The translations under genes were made by a program, and so were the position numbers. This document shows positions 12,782 to 24,814 of a DNA stretch of 64,000 nucleotides, one piece after another (position 1 is the stretch's first letter; every line of letters begins with the position of its first letter). The notes below the pieces were generated by a model. It saw nothing but the letters and a program-made list of their open reading frames with translations. It ran no database searches and was not told the DNA's origin. The stretch comes from Leucoraja erinacea (lineage: Eukaryota): contig NC_073398.1 in the NCBI RefSeq assembly GCF_028641065.1, forward strand, positions 28,582,001 through 28,646,000. The letters run 5' to 3'.

Positions 12782-15569
12782 TCTGTTTTTGCAAAGAAAA
12801 ATATCAGATATGTCCCTGTGTTTTCTTGCTTTCTTGCTCCTGTCTACACGGATGTTGATTTCCAGGCAAATATCTAGTAAATTAATATCGAAATGAAAGG
12901 TTTAAATATTTTTCTCATTTGTGTTTTTCTTTTTTAATTAATAATAATATTTTTCTCATTTTTCAAAAACATTTTGAAAGTATTAAATTTTGGTCAAATT
13001 ATGGTCGATTTTGATAACAAATCAACTCAAAAGGATTATAGGTAGTCCCATTTTTAATGCTGTGATATTTTGTTATAATTTAATAACTTTCAAATTTGGC
13101 CACCCATATCACAGGTTGGTACCCTAATTTACGGAAACACCCATATACCTCTGAAACACTTTCATCACCTACTCAAAAAAACCTCAATCATGTTAGTAAG
13201 ACATAACCTGTTTCAGCCAAAGCCATGCTAGCTGTTCTTAATTATCCCATTCTCTTCCAAATGCAAGTAAAGCCTATCCCAGAGAATCCTCTCTAATAGC
13301 TTCCCTACCGCTGATGTTTGACCCATGCCTTATAATTTCATGGATTATCTCTACTTGTTCATCAAAGGAACAACTGGCTAGAAGGGTCTTGATCCAAAAC
13401 GTCACCCATTTCTTCTCTCCAAAGATGCTACCTGTCCCACTGAGTTGCTCCAGTTATTGGGTTGGTTGCTCCAATCTTCGGAACAACATTGGCTCCTCTC
13501 CAGTCCTCCATACTCAACCATGATGTACGTGTGTGTCACAACATGCTGAGTTTAAATCTTCGCAGTGACTTTTTGGCTGTTATCTAAAATCCGCTTTAGT
13601 TGGAGACAGATTCTCTTTAAATCCTCCTGAACTGAAAAGGTAATTGGACCATATCATGGGCAGTGAAGAATAACCTCCACACTTGTATGGTATTTTAGCA
13701 ACTGGGCTAGGACGACAGATTCACATCAAAGGTTTTATTTCATTACCTGTTTAAATTCTACAAGCTACAGTGGTAGAATATTTCAGGATTCTTGGCTCTG
13801 TCCCCCCCCCCTTTATATTTAGATCATATCTGATCTATGCTTTAACTCTGCATTCTTGCTTATTCCTTAACGCTATCAGCTAACAAAATCCTTTGTTGTT
13901 GGTTTCAGAAAGCAAACTCCAAACATGTCAATTTTCTAATTGTTTTCCTGTAACCAAACACAGAACAATTCTTGCACACTGAATAGCATAGCTCTAATTT
14001 AAAGCTTGGTACTTTATTCTTGATAATCCGTCTTCTAAACTATTTTTTTTTTAAATGATTTTAGATGCCCACAGTCCCTCAATCTCTGATACATAAGTAA
14101 ATGTGAATCAAGTTATGCGAGTTATTATTTAACAGTCTTCAACTCCAATATAATAAGCAAAATCAGTAAACAATGAAAACATACAGCAGGTCAGGCAACA
14201 TCTGTGGAAGCAGAAACAATTAACATTTCGGGTCCAGGATCCTTCCTCGAAACAAAGGTCCTGGACCCAGAACTGTTTCTCCTTTCAGAGATGCTGACTG
14301 ACTTGCTGAATAATTCTGGAAGATTTTGTTTCTGATGCCCAGCATTTGCAGTTTTTTAAATGATCATTGACATGAATCCACTCTAAGGTTCTTTCTGAGT
14401 GTTGTGCCCCAATTGGACTTCCTTCCCATTTGTATTCCAGCCCCTTGAGGTAAAGACCAAAATGTCACATCTTTTGAGCTCTTAGTTTGTGTCCTCCTCC
14501 GTCAAACCACAATGCTGATACCCCTAATGTTTCAGCCCCTATCAATCTGAAATGTGACAAAATTAGAAACTAACTACGACAAAGTCACAAAGTTTTACAG
14601 CTTCAAAACGGGCCCTTTGGCCCACAGTGTTTATGCCGACCATCACTTCTTTAAACCAATCCAATTAGCCTGCATTAATTCCATAACCCTTTATGTCCTG
14701 TTTATTCAAGTACTTGTCCAAATGCCTTGTAAATTTTGTTACATTGATATAAAATAGTTGTCTTCCTTCACATCACTTGTATGAAGCTGTTTGTAAATCC
14801 TTTCCTATCTGTCTCCCCCCTCACCCAATCTTTTTTTTTTCTTTGTTTCTCTCTACTGGATTATTCCCGGCCTGATTCTAGATATCTGCTTCCCCAGGTC
14901 TGGTCTAATTTAACGAAACCAGGGAGTGTGTTGATGTTTGACCCATGCCAACAGTCAACTTAACGGAAACAATTAGTTAGATGTTTTTGACTTATTACAA
15001 TCACTGTTTAAACTATTCAGAGCTGAATCATTGCATACATTTCAAGGTCAAATTTCTCTTAACTGCCTCAAACTGTTCATCTCAGTCTTTCCTTAAGATG
15101 GTGAGTTCTAAGTTCTGTATCCTCTCTGGGCAAGTTCCTCCTGAGCTGTCCGTTGGATTTTTTTGACTTTCTTTTATGATCCTTGTTTAGATCTCTACTT
15201 GGAAATACTTCTCCTATGTCCACCTTCTTAAGCCCGTGGTAATCTGATGGACTCTAGTTGGTACCTCACTGTTACCCCTTGTATTTCACACCGTGTAATA
15301 TTTCACCTCTGCTGTGATGTCATGAGTGGCACCAGTGACATCGTGAGCAACTAATGGTGCTCACAATGCACTGCTCCTATTCATGATGTCACAGGCGTTG
15401 GAGAAACCAGATTGAAAAACCACTTCAAGATCCTCCCTGACAATTGTCCTGGAACCAAAAACTGGATAGACTGGTTGCTGGAATGTGGTGAGTGTATGGT
15501 TCAGAGTGCTCGGCTGGAAATTTTAATGAATTAAACATATTAAAGTCAATGAGATGGAAACTTAAGTTC

Positions 15570-15990
15570 ATAAAACATGGGGGCAGAATTAGGCCATTCA
15601 GTACATCGGGCCTACTCTGCCATTCAGTCATGGCTGATCTATTTTTCCCTCTCAACACTGGTCTCCTGCCTTATCCCCGTAACCTCTGACATTCATACTA
15701 ATCGAGAACCTATCAAATTCTGCTTTAAAAGTATCCAATGACGGCCTCCACAGCCGCCTGTGATAATGAATTCCACAGATTCACTACCCTCTGGCTAAAG
15801 AAATTCCTCCTCATCTCCATTCCAAAGATACATCCTTTCATTCTGATGTTGTGCCCTCTGGCCCTAGATTCTCCCACCACTGGAAACATCCTCTCCACAT
15901 TATATAGGCCTTTCATTGTTCAGTAGTTTTCAATGAGATTCCCCCCTGATCCTTCTAAACTACCATGAGTACAGGTCCAGTGCCATCAAA
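15570..15990 (-). mobile_element. CR1 LINE 3' fragment
   Basis: [16 protein letters not shown]. Confidence 0.8.
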
Positions 15991-16159
15991 CACTAAGTAG
16001 AAAATCTGGAATGGGTTAAATACCTTTATTTGATTTTAAAACATAATGATGGATATACTTAGCAGCTCAAGCAGCATGGCAGAGTGCAAAAACAAGTAAT
16101 GTTTCCGATCAAACAAACATGCAAATTGGGAAAAGCAGTAGACCTCCAATTTCCCTTAC

Positions 16160-17740
16160 CACCATCCAGGAACCAGTACTTCGAGGTGAGACATTCTCTT
16201 GTACCTCCAAACCTGGTCTACAGCATTCAGTGCTCGTGATGTGGCTCCTCTACATTGGAGAGACCAAATAAGGATGAAGCAGTCATTTGCACAACACCTG
16301 TTCTCCATAAAACATAGGAGCAGAATTAGGCCATTCTGCCATTCAATCATGACTGATCTATTTTACCCTTTCAACCCCATTCTCTTGCCTTCTCCCCATA
16401 ACATTTGATGCCCTTACTAATCAAAAACCCATTGATCCTCGCTTTAAACATTGTCGATGACTTGGCCTTCACAGCCGTCTGCGGCAATAAATTCCACAGA
16501 TTTGCCAGCCTCTAGCTGAAGAAATTCCTCTTCATCTCCATTCTAAATGTATTCTGCTGTACCCTCTATTTCTGGATTCTCCCATTACTGAAAGCATGAT
16601 TTCCATGTCCACTTTATCCAGGCCTTTCACTATCTGTTTGTTTTCAATGAGATCCCCCCCACATTCTACTAAACACCAGTAGGTATTGGCCCTGAGCCTT
16701 CAAAAGGTCCTCGTACGTTAACCCACTCATTCCTGGGATCAATCTCGTAAACCTCCTCTGGACCCTCTCCAATGCCAATACATCGCTCCTCAGATATGGG
16801 AATCAAAACTGCTCACAATGTTCCAAATGTCACCTCACTAGGTCCTTATAAAGCCTCAGTATTAAATTGTTGCTTTTATATTCTCGTTCCCTCGAAATGA
16901 ATATTAGCAGTGCACTCGCCTTTCTTACCACCCACTCATCTGCAAAGTAACCTTTTGGGGATCCTGCTCCAGCAGTCCCATGTACCTTTGTACCTCCAAT
17001 TTCTAGATCCTCTCCCTATTTAGAAAATTTCTTTCTTTCGCCAAAGTGCATGACCGTACACTTTGCTATGTTGTATCCAATTTGGCACTTCTTTGCCTGC
17101 TCTCCCAACCTGCCCAGGTCCCCTGCAGCCTCCGTGCTTCCTCAACACTACCTGCACCTCCACCTACCTTCATATCATCCGCAAACTCAGCCACAAAACT
17201 GTCAATTCCATCATTTCACACAATAACAAATAATGTGAAAAGTAGCGGGCGCAACTCTGCCTTCATCAGTCAAGGTAAGACCAAGCACAAATTAGAACAA
17301 CAAGTCATTATTTTGCTTGGTTAGCCTACAACCCAATGGTATGGATTTACAACTTTCCAATTTGAGATAACCCACACCCCCGCTGTTTTTTTTCCATTGC
17401 CTAAAATCCATCCATGTGTTATCTCATTCACCCTTTACATTCCCCCATCTCCCACCCTAATTACCAATACCTCCTCCCTCCTCAACTCCATCTGCCCATC
17501 ATCCACACACCAAACCAGCTGGGTTTCTTCTCCCTTGGTCCACCTTCCCTAACCCCTCCTCCACCTTAGTCCATCGTCTCTCCCTTTTCCGATGTGACAT
17601 CACCTACCTTCTACTGTGTCTGATCTTCCTCCTTCCCTCTCTGACCCAGTGCCATCTCGTTAAATTCTCCTCTTCACCAATCTCCCACCAGCATCTGCCT
17701 GATGAAACATCTGCCTCGATGCTTCTTGCTATCATATCTG
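16160..17740 (+). mobile_element. Degenerate Penelope-like element (GIY-YIG endonuclease + 3' UTR), split by a minus-strand CR1 at ~16310-17250
   Basis: NLVYSIQCS*CG..(frameshift)YIGETK at ~16210-16270; after the CR1, KHKLEQQVII..LQPNGM..SNLR* and a pyrimidine-rich UTR. Confidence 0.7.
16310..17250 (-). mobile_element. CR1 LINE fragment
   Basis: Same family as 57030..58195; characteristic 3' UTR and RT C-terminal sequence. Confidence 0.8.
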
Positions 17741-17741
17741 C

Positions 17742-18172
17742 ATAGAAACATAGAACATACAAACATAGACAATAGGTGCAGGAGTAGGCCATTCGGCCCT
17801 TCGAGCCTGCACCGCCATTCAATATGATCATGGCTGATCATCCAACTCAGTATCCTGTACCTGCCTTCTCTCCATACCCCTGATTCCTTTAGCCACAAGG
17901 GCCACATCTAACTCCCTCTTAAATATAGCCAATGAACTGGCCTCAACTACCTTCTGCGGCAGAGAATTCCACAGATTCACCACTCTGTGTGAAAAATGTT
18001 TTTCTCATCTCGGTCCTAAAAGATTTCCCCCTTATCCTTAAACTGTGACCCCGTGTTCTGGACTTCCCCAACATCGGGAACAATCTTCCTGCATCTAGCC
18101 TGTGTAGCCTCTTAAGAATTTTGTAAGTTTCTATAAGATCCCCCCTCAATCTTCTAAATTCTAGCGAGTACA
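17742..18172 (-). mobile_element. CR1/HER LINE 3' fragment (young copy)
   Basis: Near-identical to 1507..2008 in reverse; (CATAGAAA)n tail. Confidence 0.9.
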
Positions 18173-18859
18173 AGCTTCTACCACCATCTCCACCCCTCCA
18201 TTCCCCTGCAACATGTTCCAGCCACTCACCTTCCCTGTATAAAACCTTGCCTTGAGAGTGTCCTTTAAACCTTCGCCCTCTCACCATAAATCTATGCCTT
18301 TCAGTATTTGATACTTGCGCTCAGGTTAACAAAAACAACTTTGAATATCTATCCTAGCTAATAATATAACAATTTCTATCAGGTCGCCCCTCAGCCGCCG
18401 AGGCTCCAAAGGAAAGAATCTAAGTTTGTCCAAACTCTTTCTACTCACTACTGTCTCTAAACACAAGGCAGCATCCCGACAAACTACTTGCATTGGTTGG
18501 CATTATCATGTATAACCGAGATTCAGTGACCATTTTTTGTTTTGCGTGCAATCCAGTCAATTCGGAGCACATCATGTAGTGTAATGGGGAAAATAAACAA
18601 AGCTTCGCATCCTTCCTGTAAGTGTAATGCAGCGACTAGCGTTGCACACAATGCTCCAACATGTGGCGCAAGCAATGTTTTCCACAGCTATAAGTGTATC
18701 TGTCAAGATGCTGTCTAATGGACACTGGTCTTCCAGATGTTTGGGATGGGGTATTTAGCCCCCATGTGCAGCCACTGGGTGAACTTACCCACCCACAAGA
18801 TGCTGGGGCATTGACTCCCATTCCTCTGGGCTCACAGTTCCCCGGGATACTTTCCCCAG

Positions 18860-19230
18860 TACATTATGCGGGAGACTCCGTGCCTTCTTGAGTTTCTATG
18901 GAGACGCGTAGTAAACAATAGTTTTCCGCCTGAGCTTGGAGCTGGGGTTTGGATTGCCCGCCTCTGACTGAGTCTGAGCCCGACCGAGCGGCGGGACCAG
19001 GTATGTGTCTACACGGGGAAGGAGGGAGGGAGAGATTGAACGAGAGCCCCTGGGGCTGGATGCCGGCGCTGTGCAACAGTATGTGCGGCTCTGGGAGCGT
19101 CTGGTCCGGGCGGGGATCCAGCGGGTGGGTCGGTGCCTGGCCCGGGGCTCCCACACCCAGCTCTCACTGTCCCGGGCATCTATCTCCCCCTCTCGCCGCG
19201 TCCAGCCCGGGCGGTGGGAACTTTAAACAC
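18860..19230 (+). promoter_or_regulatory. CpG-rich promoter and first non-coding exon, probably of SMKR1
   Basis: CpG/GC-rich patch; X-box GTTTCTATGGAGAC 18892-18905; forkhead GTAAACAA 18911-18918; donor CAG|GTATGT at 19000/19001. Confidence 0.6.
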
Positions 19231-20488
19231 ACGGCCAGACACAGAGAGAACAGCTGATGCTGGAGCATTGAGCGAAACTGTAACGTTGTCACAGGTCTGA
19301 AGAAGGGTCTCGATCCGAAACAGCTGATGCTGACCCGTCCCTTCCCTCCAGAGATGCTGCCTGTCCCACTGAGTTACTCCAGCATTTTGTGTCTATCTAC
19401 AGGGAACTACACACACTCACTGGGTCACGATTGTTTTAAAGGAACACAGCGAGTCAGGCAGCATCTCTGGAGATCACGGATAGAGGCGACGGTTCGGGTC
19501 AGGACTCTTCTTCAGACTGATGCAGTTCCTCCAGCACTTTGTGTTTTGCTCGTTACTTTGCTCGCGGGAATTGGGAAGAGGCGGGTGAGCGGTGACATTG
19601 AGGGTCTTTGTCCGGAGAGGAGCGAGGCGGCGGAACTCACGAAAACACACAGAGAGCCGCTGAAGCAATTGCTTCGGAGAGATGCATTGAACAAGGGGCT
19701 CTGCTGGTCAGGCAGCGTCAGTCCGAGGAAGGGTCCCGACCCGAAACATCGTCTGCCCATTCCGTCCACAGACTTTGAATTCCCCCAGCACTTTGTGTTT
19801 TCGCCTCTGCAGCCTCTCGTGTGGGAGGCTAGATGAATGCACGGTTGAGGGGAGGTGAGGTGGAAGAGTTAATGAGGAGCACGGAACAGCATAACCCCGC
19901 TGGGCCGAGTGGCCTGGTTTGGGTGCGCTGACTACCTTCAAAACTGGGGAAGGTCGCTCAACTGAAATGGTTGCTTCTGACTTCGAGGATGTTGTCGTCC
20001 TACAAGATAGAGCATTGGAGGAATTCCAGAGAGGCATGACAGTGGAAGGGGAATTTACTAGCGGTTATCTGGAGGAGGTTGCAGACATGATCGATAGGGC
20101 ATTGTGAAAGGGATGGTAGTATAAACATGCCTTTAACAATGAGGCTAGGGCAGTGTGTTGGGTAAGTATTCGATATAGATCCATAAGGGGTGGTGGGAGC
20201 TCAGTGCGTGGAACAAGGTGGGAGCTCGTGTTTGTAGGTGAAGGTGAGACTCTGGAATAAGGAAGTCTTAAAATGCCATGGAGCAGGATGAGGGGTTCAG
20301 CAGGATATGGGCTGAACTTGAAGTGGAAGTTGGTTGATATTATGGAAGTTGTTGTGAAGACAGATGTTGTAAAGACTAGACATTGGCTGCGCTGCTGATG
20401 AATGTCTGATTGTTGTCTCTTTCCAGGAGATGGTTGTCCTCGAACAGGACTAGGAAGATTCCCACTCTGTGACTCAAACAGTTTTACA

Positions 20489-21641
20489 ATGGTACAGTAT
20501 TGAATCCAATTTTTCTTCTTAAAGGGGGTTTATTCTTTAATGAAGGAAAATCTTCTCCATCCATCCATACCCTGCCCATTATATCAGTAAGTTCTATGCC
20601 TCTACAAAGGAATTTTGGATACCTATCCACTGGTTTGTTGACCAGTAATAGATGGGTGATGCGTACCAACAATCTTGACCTTCCACATATTCTTCTCCTC
20701 AAGCAGAGAGAATTATGGAGAATTAGGCCACTTTATTATGGCAGTGCCTTGGGTGTGAGGCATGGTTGGGTGAACGACTGAGATGGTAAACAGATCTCCA
20801 TCTGCCCCAAGGTTGTGTTTAGATGTAGGTTTATTGTAGTCACGTGTACCAAGGCACAGTGCTATATTTTGCATGCTATCCAATCAAGTACAAACTTGAA
20901 GGGAAAGATACAGAGCGCAGGAGGATGAGGGGTGATCTTATTGAGATGTACAAATTCATGAGAGGAATAGATCAGGTAGACACACAGAGTCTCTTGCCCA
21001 GAGTAGCGGAATCAAGAACATTTGGACCGGTACAAGGATAGGACAGTTTTAGAGGACTATGGGCCAAACGCAGGTAGGTGGGGTTAGTGTAAATGGGACA
21101 TGTTGGTCAAGTTGGGCCAAAGGGCCTGGGCCATACAATGTCTCTACCACTATGAATATAGTTCTCGGCATTGTAACGCATTAGTTCCATATAAAAAGTC
21201 CAATGTCCACAGGTTGGAGAATCAGGACTGTAATCTTGCTCATAGATGGATCATTCAGAAGCCTGACAAGAGGAAGCTGGAAGAGGGGAAGAGTCTCTTG
21301 GGCAACTAGTGGTGGGTAGTAGGGACATTTGGCATCAGGGACCTTTCCATCATGAGCGATCATTTTATTGGGAAAAAAACCAAGTTGCCTGCTTTTTGTT
21401 GCAGCCCGGCAAGGGAAGCAAGCCCAAGGCACAGAATACAGGCGGCAAGAAGAAGAGTGGGAAGAGGGCCGCCGGGAGCAAGAAGAAGAAGAAGAAGGAG
21501 AAAGCTTCCCAGGTGGAAGTGGACATCATGAGTCCTGCAGCCATGTTCAACCTGTATTACATCTCTCACAATGTGCCTACCTGCCTTGCTTATCGAGGCT
21601 TCCTCTGGCCTGGAAGACCCAAGAAGAAAGGACGGAAATAA
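20489..21641 (+). CDS. SMKR1: Small lysine-rich protein 1 (~79 aa)
   Basis: Main exon 21405..21641 after ttgcag: PGKGSK...[33 protein letters not shown], matching the SMKR1 motif [20 protein letters not shown]. ATG is inferred as the last 3 nt of exon 20427..20491 (ATG|gtacag). AATAAA at and after the stop. Confidence 0.85.
21405..21641 (+). CDS. SMKR1: SMKR1 main coding exon
   Basis: 237 nt ending in TAA; conserved SMKR1 core motif. Confidence 0.92.
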   Translation, partial: PGKGSKPKAQNTGGKKKSGKRAAGSKKKKKKEKASQVEVDIMSPAAMFNLYYISHNVPTCLAYRGFLWPGRPKKKGRK

Positions 21642-21984
21642 AATGATTAAATAAAGAAAATATATGTAGAAATAAATATCTAATATTCTAACATAAGATG
21701 GTGCAGATCAAAAACTGTCTATATCCCAACTCACGTTTTGGTTTAATCCACCCCTCTCACATTCCTAACCCACTGTCGTTAGGAGGAATGCCAATGGATT
21801 GATGCAATCTGCTTTCTCAGCAGCCAGGCGTCAATCTGGGAGAAATATTTAGGTTGCGGGTAGGATAGAAAAGAATTGGCAAATAGAATGCATTTTTTCA
21901 GGATGTGAGGTTTACTGAGGCGTGCTGTACTGTCCTGTTCTGTTCTGTTAAAGAGCTCACTACCAAAAGCTGTTGAGGCAGTTT

Positions 21985-22310
21985 GGAGCACAGCAGCAGA
22001 GTTGCTGCCTTAAAGCACCAGAGACCCGGGTTCGATCCTGACTACGGGTGCTGTCTGTACTGAGCTTGTATGTTCTCCCTGTGGGTTTGCTCAGGGTGCT
22101 CTGGTTTCCTCCCACATTCCAAAGGTGTGCAAGTTTGTGGGTTAATTGGTTTCTCTAAAATGTCCCCAGTGTGTAGGATAGTACAGGTGTACAGGTGATT
22201 GTTGGTTCCCGTGTACGTGGTGGGCCGAAGGGCCTGTTTCCACACTGTATCACTAAACTAAATTAAACTAAACTAAACTATTCCAAACTAAACTGAACTA
22301 AACTAAACAG
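21985..22310 (+). mobile_element. tRNA-derived SINE with long (TAAAC)n tail
   Basis: B-box GGTTCGATCC, conserved body, microsatellite tail. Confidence 0.8.
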
Positions 22311-23984
22311 CGGAGAGGGAGAGAAGCTATGGTCTGAACTAGGCAACCAAAGGAACAAACTGAAGAATTGTAGATTTCTCCTCAGAGTTTGACCAGCAAT
22401 CGCTCTTCAGCCAGAAACACTAAGGGATAAGTGACTAAATTTTCCCTACATTAAAGCAGTGACTACCTTTGTCAAATAGCTCATTGTTTGCAATTTTGAG
22501 ATGCCTGGAGGATGCAAAAGATGCAGGATTCATCCAGATTTGCCATTTTTATGCTATTTTAAGTTGTTTATGTAATGCAAGATAGGTTGTGGAAGGATAT
22601 CTAAAGCTCTATTTCCCCAAAGGCAGCGACCAAATGTTTTTATGATCTCTTTGATACTTTATATCATGTTACAATTGGACAAGTTGTTGGTGAGACCTCA
22701 CGGAGTTGTATCCGCATACTCATCTAAAGGTGGTGAGAATCGCTCGATATTATTGCTTGGTGCCTGATTACCAGTGGAAAGCAAGAGGAGAGGGTCAAGG
22801 AAGTAATTTAAAATAAAACACACAAAAGGGTTTTTTTTTTTAAACGGGAAACCTTAGCCCTGTAATTAGGGTGCCCCTGCTTCTGGGTTCAGTGACATCC
22901 TAATTACAGGGCTAGGCTCAGGTATTCCTGATCCTTTCAGGCCAAGACTATCATTAAGTGCCCATAGCTACCAGTAATTGTTTTTCGGATGAGAGGATTA
23001 CCGTGGGTCTGGATTTATAAATAAGTAAATAGCAATACCCTGTCCTAAAGAATATCGTTAAATTGGGTAAACAAAGTGCTGGAGGAAATCGGTGGGTTAT
23101 GCAGCATCTGTGGTGGGAATGGACAGACAACGCTTCAGGTCGGGAACCTTAAACGTCACCTGTCCATTCTCTCCACAGATGCTGCCTAACCCTCTGTGTG
23201 TCTCCAGCACTTTTTGTGATTTGCTCAAGATTCCAGCAACTGCAATTTCTTGTGTCCTCATTGAGTTGCCATTTGGAGTGTTTGCAATTGATCCCACTAT
23301 GAGAAATAAGGATTTATTGTATTAGAGGCAGTAACTCAGAACTTGGACAGTAATTGATTTTAAGGAGGACCTTCTAGGGGAGGGAGATGAAACACTGGCA
23401 GTTGTGGCATCTTAGGCTTGCACTGTGCAAGACTCAGTATTTTGAGATGAGATATTCATTGTCAAACCTGGCTCACTTGTGACATCGTTGTTTCCATGTG
23501 AGACAATTCTAGTTTGAATCCCACATCCTGTGCACTGGACGAGTGTTGAATTGTCAAATGGGTCATTTTAAATCAGACGCCATCCATCTAGTTAACTGAA
23601 TGTAAATCTCAAAACTTCATAAAGCAGTGGAATTTTCCAATCTGGTACTAATCCCACATAAATTAGCGCAAGACAGATTTTCTGATCATTTATTTCAGTG
23701 TTTCTGGAAGACTTTACGGTGTGAAAATAGCTTCCATGTTTGCGTTTGAAACAACAGTGACTGTACATCTTGAGTAAGATCTCCACTAGGCTGTAACTTT
23801 CTAAAGAGCTTTGAACTCATCAATTTAGTTTCCAAATATAATCAATGTTGCAGTGGTCGAATGTATTGAGAAACTGCATTGGGGTATATATAAACTGGAC
23901 AAGAGGAAATTCACCCCCCCCCCCCCCTTTCTGAAGAGTATCATTGAGCCCCATGTCAAACCAAGAGGCCAAACACAACCTCAG

Positions 23985-24085
23985 TTTAACATCACATTCA
24001 AAAAATGATGTAGCACTTCCTCAATATTGCACGCATGTGTTGGCTGGGGTTGTGTGGCAACCATGGGGAGTGGAACTTCAAAACT
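23985..24085 (-). mobile_element. Old DeuSINE/SacSINE-like fragment
   Basis: tttaacatc...cctcaatattgcac... resembles the Deu-domain as recalled; similar pieces at ~25060-25240 and ~63905-63945. Confidence 0.4.
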
Positions 24086-24629
24086 TTTTCATTGGTTACA
24101 ATGTGCAGAGAGACTTTTGAAGAACATGATAAGCAACATAAGTTAACTCTGATTTGTTTGTTTGGGAGAAGTTAGCAGAGATTGGGGTTTGGATAACTAG
24201 TGAGAGAGGAGATGACTATTCCCGATGATGTGGGAGTGCAGTTACAGTTGCTGGGTGTTTGGGGTGAGCTCTTATGATCTCAGTCTTTGTGCACTCGTTC
24301 TGCTGCCTCTCGCACAACCACGGGACAACAATACCAGGCAAAGAGCGACACCTGACTCTTCTTTGTATTTTTGCCTCTGTCTCCAGTAAATAAATTCACA
24401 TCTTAGTCAGAACACATTAAATTCCAGGCATCACCAAGTTTATCTCTTTCTGATCTTTGTTTTATTGAAACAGGATTGATCTCATACATTCCATGACAGA
24501 CATAAACTAGAAGGAACTCAGCGGATTTGGCACAAACTATTTGTTTGAAGGAATATGCAACTCTCTCGGTGGAATTCAGCCCACATCGGATCTTTGCCTC
24601 ACCCTTTTTATTAGCAGTTGGTTCAGAGA

Positions 24630-24814
24630 TCAAGAGCGGCTGCCAACAGACTCCATGATTGACTTCATCGCTTCCCAGGTCTCCTGGGCAGTTGGAATGA
24701 TCTCTCTGGAAGGCAGCATGAAACCATAGCGACCAGTATCACGGAGTTCAAACGCAAAGGAGTATTTGATGCCTTGGTTGTAAGTCCAGTCAATGCTGCC
24801 TCCACTAGCCTGAT
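24630..24814 (-). CDS. CPA2: CPA2 exon 11 ([22 protein letters not shown])
   Basis: 185 nt; E270; AATAAA at 24607-24612 (minus). Confidence 0.92.

Noticed and set aside
12850-13145. Possible Tc1/mariner-like AT-rich relic
   Set aside because: Only one terminus-like motif seen; no matching second end or coding trace.
19327-19836. 169-aa ORF near the SMKR1 promoter
   Set aside because: Largely made of Penelope-type repeat fragments.
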